Shown in pieces: positions 12,277-26,409 of a stretch of 64,000 bases of DNA. Source of the stretch: Neoconidiobolus thromboides FSU 785 (Eukaryota > Fungi > Entomophthoromycota). Location of the stretch: positions 17,437-81,436 of the forward strand of contig MU626352.1 of NCBI GenBank assembly GCA_025603075.1. Reading direction: 5' to 3'. Positions within the stretch are counted from its first letter, which is position 1. Every line of letters begins with the position of its first letter. The notes under the pieces were generated by a model. That model ran no database searches. It saw only the letters and a list, made by a program, of their open reading frames with translations, and had not been told where the DNA came from. Both the position numbers and the translations under genes were made by a program.

Positions 12277-13188
12277 ATATGTTTTTTTTATTTCATTACT
12301 TTTTCCATTTTTCAAATGCTATTTGAGTAGAATAGTTGGGGTTGTCCGAATTGGTTTCAGAATCTACTTAAAAGTTAATCCAAATTTAAAAATTTTAAAG
12401 TTATGTCTAATGTGATGATTAAATCTAAAAAGCCTAAAATCAAATCTCTTTATTTAAAACTTATTTTAATTGTTTCCTTTTCTTAAATAGCTAATTTTCC
12501 TAACTGTGAAATATCGCTTTGTCAGTCCCATCAATAATTATAGCATAATAGTCGCCTAAGCTGTTGTGTTCTCGAGTTCAGAGAAAATCAGTTCCACATT
12601 CTTGTTTCGATTTGCTATGAGAATTTCTAGCTCCATCACAAAGAACATTATCTTCTCATTTTGATATTTATACTTTTCAGAGTATAAAAGAGTTTACAGA
12701 GTATAGTAGTTCGAGGCTTTTTAACTGAATTATTCTTTAATATCTCGAACATTTAATAAAGCCACTAAGTTTTCTTAATAGTATTTTACGTAGATTTTAC
12801 ATTAGTATTGTCTATTCTATTTGTCTTATATAGTTTGTAACCTATTACATGCTATTCCTCATAACCCAAGTTTATCTTAGTCACATAAACTAAGACCTTT
12901 TGACTTATAGTGTAGTCAACCCAGCAATAACTGTTCTTGACTCCAAACCCTGAGTACCAGATTTCACACTAACTATACGTTTATAAATATTTCTCGATAA
13001 AGTTTTATAAGAATATTTATTTAAGATCTAGTAGAAATTCAGCTAACTTACAGTATAAACTATAATACAATGATTTAGAACTGTGTCCGGGTACTTTTGT
13101 TTTAATAAAAAATTGGATAAAATAACGAAACTAATTCAGACAACCCCAATCGTTGGTAAATTCTTAAACAAAAAGATATATCCCATAT
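12277..13188 (-). mobile_element. MITE copy 2, split by a nested insertion (halves 12277-12335 and 13150-13188)
   Basis: The left half ...TTTCATTACTTTTTCCATTTTTCAAATGCTATTTGAGTAGAATAG and the right half TCGTTGGTAAATTCTTAAACAAAAAGATATATCCCATAT join to give one consensus copy. Confidence 0.75.
12336..13149. mobile_element. 814-bp non-autonomous DNA transposon with 23-bp TIRs
   Basis: TTGGGGTTGTCCGAATTGGTTTC versus the reverse complement of GAAACTAATTCAGACAACCCCAA: 21/23 identical. It interrupts MITE copy 2 and has no long ORF. Confidence 0.7.
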
Positions 13189-13381
13189 ATTCTCAACTTT
13201 TAATAAAAATCAATATTAGTTAATTGTCCATTTTATAAATTAACAAATATTATTTGTAGTTCAATAGGTTTAGCATTTGAGTTAGTCATTTCAACCTAAT
13301 TCTCAACCTTATTAAATAACCCCCAATTACGCATTTTAATAGGTATATAAAGTCAAACTTTGAAATTTGTCTACTAAAACT

Positions 13382-13486
13382 ATATGAGGATGTATTTTTT
13401 TGTTTAAGAATTTTACTAACAATTATTCCACTCAAATAGCGCTTAAAACATGGAAAAAGTAATGAAATCAAAAAAACATCCCCATG
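13382..13486 (+). mobile_element. MITE copy 3
   Basis: Near-consensus full copy. Confidence 0.85.
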
Positions 13487-14267
13487 TGTAAAAAAGCTTC
13501 TAGATTTCGGTTAAATATTCACTGGTTCTTTTTGATTTAATAGCGTTTTCGACTACTTGCTAGTTTATTATGGTTAGTAACTCAATATGTCTATCAACTA
13601 AGAGGAAACAATGACTAGTGAACATCTAGTTATTCAAAATAAATTTATCAAAAAACTTTTAAAAGGATAGAGTTCTATGGTTCCAATTAAATTTTAGAAA
13701 TCAAAGGTTTAGTTTATTAAATTCAAATTGTTAATTGATCAACTGCGTTGTTAATGATTTACCTTGTGGTATTCGAGGATTGAATGGCATTACAATAGTT
13801 AAGATCTAGGGCGAAATATCGCAAGACTAAATAGATATCAACAGTTTAAATTAAACTTTGAGCTAATCCTTAGGGAAAAAAATGAATGACATTATAATCA
13901 AGGATAGTATTCTGAGATTCACCGACTTTTCTACCTTTTTCAAGGGGTAGACATAGTTAACTTGGGAGTTAATTATGTAATGTTTATCGGTTGCAGTTGT
14001 CTAACCGGGGCTTGTATCAAATAGCTATGCAAAATCCTTTAAAAAAATCTTCTTTTATGACCTAAAAAAATCTAATTTCATCATTTAGTCCTTTAATAAT
14101 CTATACAAGTGTTATATGTTACTTGATCAATTGCATTATTGTAGTATTTGTTAAACTGAAATTGGGCCTGAATTTTTATGTATACAATCTTCATAGTTTT
14201 ATTTCGATTGTATAATTACTGTTAATTTGGTAGAGTTATGTTGATTGATAAGATCGTTGGTAATAGT

Positions 14268-14373
14268 ATATGAGAATGTTTTTTTGACTTCATTACTTTT
14301 TCTATATTTTAAGCGTTATTTGAGTGGCAAGATTGTTAGTAAAGTTCTTAAACACAAAAACACAACCCCATAT
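14268..14373 (-). mobile_element. MITE copy 4
   Basis: Full copy in reverse orientation. Confidence 0.85.
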
Positions 14374-15242
14374 TGATATATAGTCATAAATTATTATTAA
14401 ATGTATTGGCTATAATTTAAAGGGAAACATGGCTTGAATAATATCATAATTCGAAAATGACTTAGCTAGTAGCTATAGAAACCAAATAACTGAGGTTATA
14501 GAAATCAATGTTAGTCTTAAATGCTTTATTAATGGTTTATATAATGTATTAGTTTTGTAGAAATTAAAATAAAATTCATTTGGTCCTGACCTTTTTCAAG
14601 TTTTATCAATTATAATTAATCATTCAATAGTTCTAGTATGACTATTAAGTTGATTTCGTCTTTTAGCTTTTTATATTGATTAAAGTTATTAATACAAGTT
14701 ATTTGGAGAATTATATTGTTTAACAGTAGAAAATGCTGTGGGTAGACATGTCTAAAATCTATAGCCACTTTATTTAATGAACTGCTTTGAGAGCAGCTTT
14801 TTAGTAGTGATTATAATATATTAAAGATATAAATTAAAGATAGTTTTACTCCTTTTAAAATTAAGCATAGTTAGAAGGGTACTAGATCACCTTAAATATG
14901 TAAATGATTAAGGGATAATAAACCATTGGTGATAAGATAGGCTTTACATCAAAAGTTAGTTTTTTGCAATAATATCCAACTGTTCTCTTAATAAGCTGGG
15001 CTTTGACTGCTGTTCTACAAATATCAAATAATATATTTAATGGAAACCAATATTTCAAATATTTTGCTATTTATTTTGTAATTTCTCATAATTGACTTAT
15101 TTTTTAATTCAGTTATTTTTACTAATAAAGTTTCAAAAGTTTATATTGCTCAAAATATGAAAATTAATGAAAAAACCTAAAATTTCAATTATCTATTTTT
15201 GAATGAAAGACAAAACCACATCAGTTCTTTTTTCGTAAAAAA

Positions 15243-17976
15243 ATGCTATTAAAATCCAATTTCATTCGAGGGTAATTCATTTTAACAACAACCACACTTA
15301 ACAACAATTGATAAAACCTATTTATTTAGGAAAAAGTTATTAATTCAAATCAATTTAATTCATACTAGACTGGCAAAAAGTAATCCCAATTATTGAATCG
15401 TTTCAAAATTAAATCATTAACACTCCATAGCGAAGTCCAATTCGATACGACTTCGAAATTATCAAAAAGAATGTATCGAGAGTACCATAAATGGATTAAA
15501 TTCAGGAATAACACGACAAGCTATCTCTTTACCAGTTGGTAAATAATCATTTTTATTCAACACTATCAAAACAAAAACTCAATAACAATAATTTTATTAA
15601 ATTTTAATCTAGGTAGCGGAAAAACAGTAATGTCAAGTATTCTGAAAACTAAGAGTTTGGATTTAATAATGGATAAAAAATAGGTAGTAATGGCGCACTT
15701 GATACCACAGATACCAACATTTATAAAAGGTGGAGATAAAGTATTAGTATTAGCACATCGACAAGAGTTATTATTTCAAGCTTTTAGAACTATTAAAAAT
15801 TTTAACCCAAAATTAGTAAGTCAGTTCCGTTTTATTTACTATTCGTATTATCGTTTTTATATTTATATATAAAAATGAAAATAAAAACAAGTATTTAAAT
15901 TGAAGATTATATTAAATAGATTCAAAAACATTAGAGAATTGATATCGAGCGTGGACGTCATCAATGTGATATTGATAATACGGATGTGATTTTAGTATCA
16001 GTACAATCTTTAGGTTATAATAATAGTAAAAGGTTAACTAGATTTCATAAAGAGAAGTTTAAATGTGTGATTATTGATGAGGTAAGTGATAAAACTTATA
16101 AGGAATTTAATGAAATAGAAATAATGTTATCATTTTGTTTAATCTTTTATAATTCTTTTTAATTCTATAGGCCCATCACTCATCGGCTATCACTTATCTT
16201 AGAATATTAAATCATTTCGGTTTGATTAAAAATGAAGAAGAAAATAATTTAGATAGTAATAAAATTAATAATAAAATATTATTATGGGGCTGTTCTGCTA
16301 CTCTAAGAAGACATGATGGTGTTGGACTATCTAAAATATTTGATAAAATTATTTATCATAAAGATTTTTTTGAAATGGTAAAAGAAGGATGGTAGATATT
16401 CTATATGAATTAATAGGATTTTATTTTTTATTTTTCACGATTTAACTTTAGGTTATGTGATATCAAAGCTACAACAATCAAAACAGAGATTGATCTTTCT
16501 AATGTGGGTTATGTATTGGGTGATTATAATCAAACTCAATTAGCAACTGCTATTGATACAGAAGAAAGAAACAATTTAATTATTCATGGATATAGAAGAT
16601 TAGCAAGTAAGTTTATTAATTACCTCTATACATCGATAGTTATATTAATAATTATTAATACTTTTTTTTATAATTTTGTTATTCGTCCATAGAAACCAGA
16701 AAATCAACAATAATATTTGCGTTAAATATCCAACATGCTACAAATCTCGAAAAAAAATTTAAATTTTGGAAAATTGAATGTGAAGTTATTAGTAGTCAAA
16801 CAAGACTTGAACTAAGACAAGAATATATTGAAAATTTTAGAATTGGGAAATTAAAAGTTTTAATTAATTGTAGTAAGTTTTAATTTATTTCTATTATTTA
16901 TCTTAATTATTTAATTAATTTATTTTTATTCTTTAAAATATTAATAGCTATTTTAACTGAAGGTTTAGGTAAATTAGAATTTAATATTTATATTTATATT
17001 TGTTAAAAATAATACAGATATCCCAAATATTGATTGTATTATCATGGCCCGTCCAACAAAAAGTAAGCCATTATATCAACAAATGTTAGGACGAGGGATG
17101 CGAAAGCATACAGGAAAAAAAGAATGTTTAATATTAGATTTTGTTGATGTACAAAAAGATAAAACATTATGTAGTATACCTACTCTTTTAGGTATGGATT
17201 ATAATTTAATATTAAAAGAACAAAAAATAAGTCAATTGATCGAGAAAAAAGAGAAGATGAAAGAAAAAGAAAAAGAAGAGAAAGAGAAAAAAGAAGAGGA
17301 AAAAAAAAAAGTGGTATTACCAAATTTTATTAAAAATATTCAATTAATTCATTATGATAATTTGAATCATATTAATTTTATACAAAATCAAACTAAAAGA
17401 AAAGAAGATAATATGGGTGATTTTGATTGGGTTATGTTAGATGAAAATTGTTTTGTTTTAAATTTATTAAATGGTCAAATTCGAATTGAAAAAGAAGATA
17501 GTAAGTTGAATTATATTAACAAAACATAATAGTTAATAAAAACATACTTAACATTAGCTCATTACATCGTCAAATATCGCAAAAAAATCCTATATAATAA
17601 AGCATTTATTTTCTATACACCTCGAGTGCTCCCGATCAAATCCGATAGTTTAGAATCTATTATATTATCATGTGAAACTTATATTCGTAATCGACACTCC
17701 AATTCAATACCATTTATACTAAAAAAAGCGAATTGGAAACAACAACCTATTTCCAAACTACAGGAAAAATTAATTAATAAATTGATTTTGAGATTAGATG
17801 AAGTGAAAAGAAAAGGAGTTGATTTGGAAGGTGTAAAAAAGTTGACAAAAGGTAAAGCGAGTAATTTGATTTTGTTTATTAAAGAGGGAGGTCTGAATAG
17901 AATTTTTAATGGACAGAAGGAAAAGGAGGTGATATTAGATAAAGAAGATTTGTTTTATGAAGGGTTATTCATTTGA
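15243..17976 (+). CDS. IRC3: mitochondrial SF2 DEAD/H helicase, Irc3-like (multi-exon)
   Basis: Spliced N-terminus MLLKSNFIRGKKLLIQ... (presequence-like), then [99 protein letters not shown]. Confidence 0.85.
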
Positions 17977-18208
17977 TAAATGCTTTTTTTGTTAATTAAA
18001 TAAAACAAATGTAATTAAAAATATTAAAAATTAGTTTTTTACAAATTCTTCGATTTTAATTGGTTTAAATTTTTTTTGAATTTTGACATTTAAATTCAAT
18101 TTTTGACTAAAGTGAAAGTTTGATTCTTTTTTTTTAAGACTAACATTTTTATAGATAAAAAATAAAAGAGGAATCAATATCCATCATATAGAGCAATAGT
18201 AAAAAATA

Positions 18209-19618
18209 ATGGATTGTTTAACAGGTAGTGAAATCAAAGAAGCTTTAAAGCAACCGCAATTAATAGAATCTACAATTCGGCAATTATATGAACAAATTCA
18301 ACCTAAAGAAAATCAATTACATTTATCTACTCTATTGATCTATTTAAAACATTCTCCCAATATTGAAGAGATATTAAATTATTGGGAAACATTAGAATCA
18401 TCTAATTCCACTCATTTCCAAGTAAATATCCATCTACTTCAACTAATAATATGGAGTTTAGAATTATTATCTTATGATGAAGAGGTATTACAATTTAAAG
18501 GTCATAATGAAAGAAATTCATTGATTAAAAAATTGATATTAAAATTTAATGATAAAATTATGAGTTATTTAAAAGTTAATGTAGCTAAATTACATCAGCT
18601 TTGTTTTAAATTATTGAAAACAATTGTCTTTTATTTTAATGGTAATTTCAATGAAGTGTTTATTGTGTTTCAAATGAAACCACAAGTAAGTTAAATAAGA
18701 GAAAAGGCTTTAATTGATTTTATAATTGATATTTTATTTTTAGATTATTGGTCGCGTTTTAAATAATATTAAAGTTAATGAAGAATTTTTGGATGGTAAA
18801 AGTGTACAAGAATATCAAGAGCAAGAAAGGAAGAGTAAGTTTAATAATTCAACTAATAATAAGATAATACTTAATATAATAATAATTTATATAGAAACTC
18901 GATGGGAATTTTTGAGGTATTGTGAAACTTGTTTTGAAGTGATTAAATATAATAAATCAAATTGGAATTTAACTTATCAAATACCAATTCAACGATTAGT
19001 TAAAGGATTACATTTGGATGATCCAGAGTTTATATTAAATCTTTTTAATATCTTAACTAAGTTTATAGTCAATATTATTAGTAATACAAATTATAATAAC
19101 AAGATGTTTTTATTTGATTTATTTAATGATGATTTTTTAAGTAAAGTAAGTTTTATTTTTAATTTAATTTATTGTTATGAGTTAAATGTTAATGTAATTT
19201 TTAGTGCTTAGAATTATTAAATAATCATCAAATTGTGAATGATAATAATAATGAAATTGAAATATCAGATTTAGTTTATAAATTTTTAGTATCAATATGT
19301 AGTGTATCAGGCTATGGTATATGTATTAAATCTAATGGATGGAATGAAATAGAAACAATAGTGATTCAACAAAGTAATGAAAAAAAGAAGAGAAAAATGA
19401 ATAATAATAAATTATTAGAGTTTTGTTTTGGGTTACAAGCAAATACTAATTTAATTCATCAAAAATTATTATTAACAATATTTAATACTTGTCCCGAATT
19501 AGTATCTTATTATTGGAATTATTGTAATTTAAGTTTTGAACCAAGATTATCTGTTAATTGGTTAAGTAATATTTCATTATTATTGAAGATTATTAATTTG
19601 GATGTCCCAGAATTTAAC

Positions 19619-19654
<36 letters not shown>

Positions 19655-22600
19655 CAACAATTACAATTACAACAATTACAATTACCTTCATTTAAAGTAA
19701 TAATTGAAAACATATTACCACAAAATATATTGAAAACATATCAATTAAAAGGAATTCAACATGATAACAAAATGATTCAATATTATACATGTTTAGTTAT
19801 TAAAATTAGTTTTAATAAATTGGAAAAAGTAAATCAACAAATTCAATTATATATTCAGCAATATAAATTATTAAATCAAAGCAAAATTGTCAAAAAATAT
19901 CAAGAATTAAATGAACAAATTCAATTAGAATACAAAAAAAGAATATTAGATTTTCAATCTTTATTAACAATGACAAATAATTTAAATTTAATCAAAAATG
20001 AAAAAAAACAATATTTATTACAAGAAATTAATTTAAAACTATTAATCGATTATTTGAAATATTTTCCAGATTTAGTATTACAATCAAATATCGATTTCAA
20101 TAAATTTATTATTAACAAAAATATTACTAAATTAAGTCCATCAATTCAATCGAATTTATTAAGTTTATTGGAAAATTTGGCGGAACTTAAATGGTATTCC
20201 AATCAACCAGATAAAAAAGAATCAATTTTAATACAAATTATTAAAATTTATATTAACAATTCGGGTAATAATAAAAATAAGAGTGATAAAATTCAATTAC
20301 AAAGTAAAAAAGTAATTGAAAAATATTTTAGTTTATCTAATTTATTTAATAATAATAATAATTTAAATCAATTAGAATTAAATATTTGGTTAAATTGTAT
20401 TCAATTATTTCAAAATAAGAATATTATTTATTCAATATTAGATTTTTCATTTACTTATTTTATTAAATATTCATTTGCTTTAATAGATCAATTAATTTAT
20501 TTACAACAACAACAACAGAATAATATCGAAGTAACAACAGTACCCTTTTCACCATTATATTTAGCAGTGTTAGTTATCTTTAAAGATCAAATTCAAGATC
20601 AAAACATTGGAAAAGAAGATAAATTAATAATAACTCAATTTTTAATGACAATCAGTATCGATTTAACTCATTTTATTAAAGATTTTCAATTAATTTATAA
20701 AGTATTAAAGGAGTTTTATGTTCAAAATCAAAGTATTATTATGAAAGAGAAAGAGATTAATGAGTTATTTATGACTATATTGAGTTATCTTGGTAATTAT
20801 TGTAAAGATAAGGAAATGAAGATTATAATGACGGATAAAGTATTTCAATTTAATACTAGCTTATTACATATTATAAATCAATTAAAAGTAAATAATGGAC
20901 AATTAAATGAAATTAAAAAACAATTAAATAATAACAATAATATAATTAATAGTCAATTATTTTATCAATTAATAAAAATCATCACTAAAGATACAATAAA
21001 TGAATTTAATAGTAACATAATAATAGAATTTATTCATAATAATTATTATTATTTAAAAGGAATTATTAATTTCAATTGGATTCAAATTGAAAATTATAAT
21101 GAATTAAAACCAATTATTGAGTTTTTTAAATTGATTCAACCTAATATATTTCTATACTTAATTAATGAAGAATGCTTTGAGAGTGAATATTCTAAATTAA
21201 TATTTTATTATTATAATGAACATTATGAAGTTGAATTTAATTTTATTAGTAATTATTATTTATTCTTAATGAATCAAAGTAATAATAATGATAATAAAAG
21301 GATTAATTCTTTGTTTTTAATCTTATTTAACAATATTGATATTCAATTGCAATCACAATTTAAGTTCAAAGAGAAAAATATCAATCAATTTATTAATAGA
21401 ATCGGTTTATTGTTGGAGAATGAATGTATTAAAAGAAATTATTTAAAAGGAAATTTAATAGCAAAATGGATCAATCAATTGTTATTATTTGTTTTAAATA
21501 GTTTCCAAAAGTTTCAAATGGATTCCAATAGAATAGATTTTATATTAAAATATTTCAAAATTCAATTAATGGAATTCATTGAAAGTAACAATAATGGAAT
21601 AGAAAATGATGAGAACATCATTATGATAATCAATTATTTAATACCTAAATTTCAGTATAATGAAGAAGAAAGAATGGGATTAATTATTAATCAATTAATA
21701 TTAAAAAACAATCAAATTAATTTATTATGTATTAAATTAATATTAAAAATTAAAAATCTCAATATTAAACAATGGTTATTTAGTCAACATTTAAATTTAA
21801 TATTAGAAACTTATTTAAATAATAAGAGTAATAATAAAAATTGGGATTTAATTTTATTAGATTTATTGCATACTTTAGTTCCATTTATTAAAGTGGAATT
21901 AAATCAAGAGAAATCAATTAGTTTAGAAGAAGAAAAAGAAGAAAAAGATAATAATAATAATAATAATAATAATAATTTAATTCAACAAAATTGGAAACTA
22001 ATTAATAATAATCCAATGATAGAAAAAATATTAAATAAATTAATGCGATTTAATTTAAATAGAAATGAGATCAAAGTCTTATTAAGTATATTAATATTAA
22101 ACCGAAAATATAAATCTATCTTTACGCAATTTTTATTAAGTCAAAAGATTCTTATTGATGAATTGAATTTTCAACAATATTTTGAGTTATTTAAAAATTA
22201 TTTTAATATGTTAAGATACAAGGAAAACAATGAGGACTTAATTTATTTTGATTCAACTGATATTACAGATAAAAAAGTAATGAAAAAAATTAGTCAAATT
22301 TATGTCCAATTTTTGATAGAAAAGGAAAGATATGAAATGGAGATGTTAAATTTATTTTTACCTTATATAAAAGAAGATGAGAAAAATGTGATTAACATAT
22401 TAAAACAATGGAAATTGAAAAAATGGAATCAAATTCTAGATATCAATAGAGAAGAATTAATATTACTATTTTGGAAATTTCAATTATGGAAAAGTGAAGA
22501 TATTGATATTATTTTTAATCAAAATAGATTTGAGGAGATTTCAAAAGAACAATTAATTCAATATTGTAATAAAATGATTGAGTTGATGAAATGTTATTTT

Positions 22601-24574
22601 GATCAAAATGAAAAGGAGAAATTGAAGGATAAAAAAATGGTTTTATTTTTGTTCAAATTAGTTTCAACTTACTTAAAAATGGAATTCAATGTTAATGTTT
22701 TTAAATGTTTTGAGTATTTCGATTTAAATGTAATGAATCAAATGGTAAAGTTTATTTTTATTTTTATTTTTATTTTTATTTATTTTTATTTTTAGAAGAG
22801 TGAAGTTGAATTAATAATTATTGAAGTTATGGATAAAATAGAAAATTTAGAATTACAACATCAATTAATTCAATTAATAGTTCAATTTTATAATATTAAT
22901 CCAAATTTTGTATTAAAAAAAGAAATATTAATTAAATTAATAAGTATTTATCAAGGATATTATACAAAAGATCAACGTCAACTATTAAAATTAATTTGTA
23001 ATTTTGAAATTAAAGAGTTAATGTCTACAAGAAGTTATTTATTATTATTTGATAAATTAATCTTTAAATTTAATGAATGGGAAATTAAAAAATTAATAAT
23101 GAATGGAGATATTGTTACTCATTCGATGGACAAATTAGAAGCTAGTAATGTACTCTTTTCTTGTAATCATTTTCCAGTGAATGTAAGTTTAAATCAATTA
23201 GAATTATTAACTGAGAAACAAGAAAAGGAAGTTCAATTTGTCAATGAAAATAATAAGGAAAATTCAATCAAAATTTATGATCCCTATTTTTTATTAAATT
23301 TAATAGCTAATTATTTTACATTTGGTAATAATTTAAATGTAGAAACATTTATTAAAAAGAATTTATTAAATTATTTAATAATATCTTTATCATCCAATGA
23401 ATCAAGTACTCGCTATATAGCTTATAGATTATTAGATGAAGTTTATAATTTAATTATGACTAGTAAATTTATCGAGAGAATACAAGTATTAACGGTCTTA
23501 AATTTATTAAAAAATTCAATAGAAGATAGAGAATCTAATCCAAGAATTCCATCGGGTATTACAAATTTTATTAGTTTATGTTTACAAACAGTGATGAATC
23601 CAAAACATTCAATGTATCTTTTAATTAATCGATATCTCTTAGCTAAACCTAATTTGAATTTCAAAGAGTTGCCCTTTTTTAGTAAGATGATGGAAGGATT
23701 TCATAAAAATTCAAATGCAGAAAGAAAATGGATATTAAAATTAATTAAAAATAGTATCAAGAATGAATTAGATTTAAAATTAATTAAAGTAAAAAATCAA
23801 TTATTATTACAAACTTATTATTTTTCACCAGTTAATGGAAGTACATTAATGGAATTACATCAATTACCAATACTTGAATATTTATTTAATGTAGCTAGGT
23901 TTAATCCAAATCATCAATTTTATTGTATTAAAGTTCATTTATTTGAATTTTTGTTGAGAATTATAGAATATGAAATTCAAAATAATAAATTAAAAAGTAA
24001 AATAATATTACTAATTACTATTCGAATTAGTAATATGTTTATATTGAACAACAAAATGAATAAATTATTGATTGGCTGGCCATTATGGAATAATAAAATA
24101 ATGATGTTTTATTTTAAAATTATTCAAATATTAAAAGAGAATTTAAATAATTTAGAAGATTATGCAATTGTATTGAATTGTTTGAATGAAGTTACGAGAG
24201 GTGTATTGAATGTATTAAGATTTAATCAACAATTTAATATTGAATGGAATCACTCAATGGTAGAAAAAATGATTGAAAACAATGTATTTATTGTTAAACA
24301 AAGTATTAAAGAAGGGAATATTAATTTAATCAATAATAATTCAGATAATGATAAGAATAACTTCAAGATTATTATCAATAATGAAAATGAAGAACAGAAT
24401 TATAATAGTTTAAATTTTGAATCAATTAAACAAATGAAACAATTAGATACTTGTTTAATTGAAGTGATTGAAAATGGGCTATTGATAACTAGCTATATAG
24501 GAAAAATGGAGCCTAATTTGATGATGTGGGGATTCCAATTGAAATTGGAATTTATTAGAAATTTATTGTTTTAA
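18209..24574 (+). CDS. URB1: nucleolar pre-ribosomal-associated protein 1 (Urb1/Npa1), multi-exon
   Basis: LSFEPRLSVNWLSNISLLLKII near the N-terminus. C-terminal NopRA1-like block YDPYFLL...ISLSSNESSTRYIAY...PRIPS...MNPKHSMYLLINRYLLAKP..ELPFF...ERKWIL. Contains poly-Asn tracts. Joins ORFs 18209, 18789, 19235 and 22829 via short introns. Confidence 0.85.
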
Positions 24575-24934
24575 AGAGGGGTGAGGAGATCAAGAATTGA
24601 GTTATTTTTTATAGAATAAAGTTCACGTTATAGTATATTAAAGAAGAGTTTCTGATAACTTTACTTATTGTTTATTATAACGATAAATAATAATAATAAC
24701 TTTTGATTTCTGAAAAATTGAATATTGATAAGTGATATAATATAAATAATGGAAGTAAAAATGGCTTATCAGATTTTGAATTTCAAGGAGGGATAAGATA
24801 GTTTATTTTGTTAGCTAGTAAGACTTCAAGGTAAGTTATTAATCGTAGATTTAAAATACATAAATCATCAGAGAAAATCAAGTAAAGCTGACAATATAAA
24901 GAAAACTGAAGATGTTTAAGCTGGTTTAAAGTAA

Positions 24935-25038
24935 ATATGAGGGTGTTTTTTTACTTCATTACTTTTTCCATCTTTTAAGCACATTTGAACGAAAAAATTG
25001 TTAGTAAAATTCTTAAACACAAAAATACGTTCCCATAT
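24935..25038 (-). mobile_element. MITE copy 5
   Basis: Full copy in reverse orientation. Confidence 0.85.
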
Positions 25039-25724
25039 AAAAGCAAATTTCTGATAAATTTAAGAATAACAATAAGATAAAGCTAACAATTGAATAAAAA
25101 AGCAGGGATTCTATTTTTTGGATTCATTTATTTAGACTCAGTTGTTATAAAAAGAAGAATTTACTTAATATTGGTCGGATAATAATCAAGGTATAGAAAG
25201 AGAGAAGGACTAGGTTTAATTAAACTGAAGAAAAATAGAAAAGAAAATAAGAGATTTGATCGAAAGGAAAATATTAAGGTAAGGAAGTTCTTGAAGTTTA
25301 GGCCACCTGTTTATTATAAAGAAGGGTATTGGGATATTTCTTTTTAATATTTGGAAAGTACTGTTTATCCAAAATTATCAATAAACATTGAAATATTAAC
25401 TATGTTATTTTAATTGAAATTATAAGCTTGTAACATGTATTCATAGCAAGAAAAGGTTTCATTTATCTGGGATTATAGCTCATTGTTTTTTATTAGTTAC
25501 TAAACATAAAAGGTTTATTTTTCAAGAATTCAACATGGGGTTATTTTAATATAATACAATATGATATTAATTAATTTTTATTTTATTTTATAAAATATTA
25601 ATAGCAAAAAGCTCTAGATCTGTATTTAAATAATTCTCTTCTTTCTTATTCTTTATTTGCTGCATACTCAAACATATAACATCATAAATTCTATCTTTAT
25701 TTAAAGACTTATTATTATCTATCT

Positions 25725-25828
25725 ATATGGGGATGTGTTTTTTTATTTAGGAATTTTACTAACAATTTTTCCACTCAAATAGCCCTTAAAAGATGGAAAA
25801 AGTAGTGAAGCCAAAAAAACATCCCCAT
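25725..25828 (+). mobile_element. MITE copy 6
   Basis: Full copy with well-preserved TIRs ATGGGGATGT...ACATCCCCAT. Confidence 0.9.
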
Positions 25829-26030
25829 GTATTATATTGATAATTGTATTGATTAATATTCGATTTTAATAAAATATACAATATACGACTTGAATTTTAA
25901 AAAAATCAATATTAAATACTTCACAAATTATTTAAAATCTTTTTTTTTAGATAAAATATAAAAATAAACCCCATTATGTTTACTCGGCAACCTACTTTAT
26001 GTTTTCAACCCTTTATATGAACAATAAAGC

Positions 26031-26130
26031 ATATGGTAATGTTTTTTTGATTTCATCACTTTTTTATTTTTGGGCCCTATTTGAGTAGGAAGATTGTTAG
26101 TAAAATTCTTACAAAAATACGTTCCATATG
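26031..26130 (-). mobile_element. MITE copy 7
   Basis: Full copy with small internal deletions. Confidence 0.8.
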
Positions 26131-26304
26131 TTGTTGAGTCATAAAGAATCTGGGTTCTAATTTTTCAACTACTTACTTTTCCATTGAATAATGAATTGCT
26201 TAGTAAGAAGATAGTTACTGAGTAACTAAATGCCTTGGCAATAATGCTTGTGACCAAACTATCCGTTTTGAGTGATCTCTTAGATCAATTTAGATTATTG
26301 AAAC

Positions 26305-26409
26305 ATATGGGGATGTATTTTTACGTTTAAGAATTTTGCTAACACTTTTTCCGCTCAAGTAGTGTTCAAAAGGTGAAAAAGTAATGAAGTCAAAAAAACA
26401 TACTAATAT
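26305..26409 (+). mobile_element. MITE copy 8
   Basis: Full copy with a degraded right TIR. Confidence 0.8.

Noticed and set aside
13286-13471. 61-aa ORF (also 35312-35509)
   Set aside because: Largely translation of MITE sequence, so not called as genes; discussed under the MITE peptide finding.
13735-14030. Long near-open + frame with scattered stops (also about 25200-25390 and 34700-34930)
   Set aside because: Coding-like composition but no recognisable family; may be a relic, so not called.
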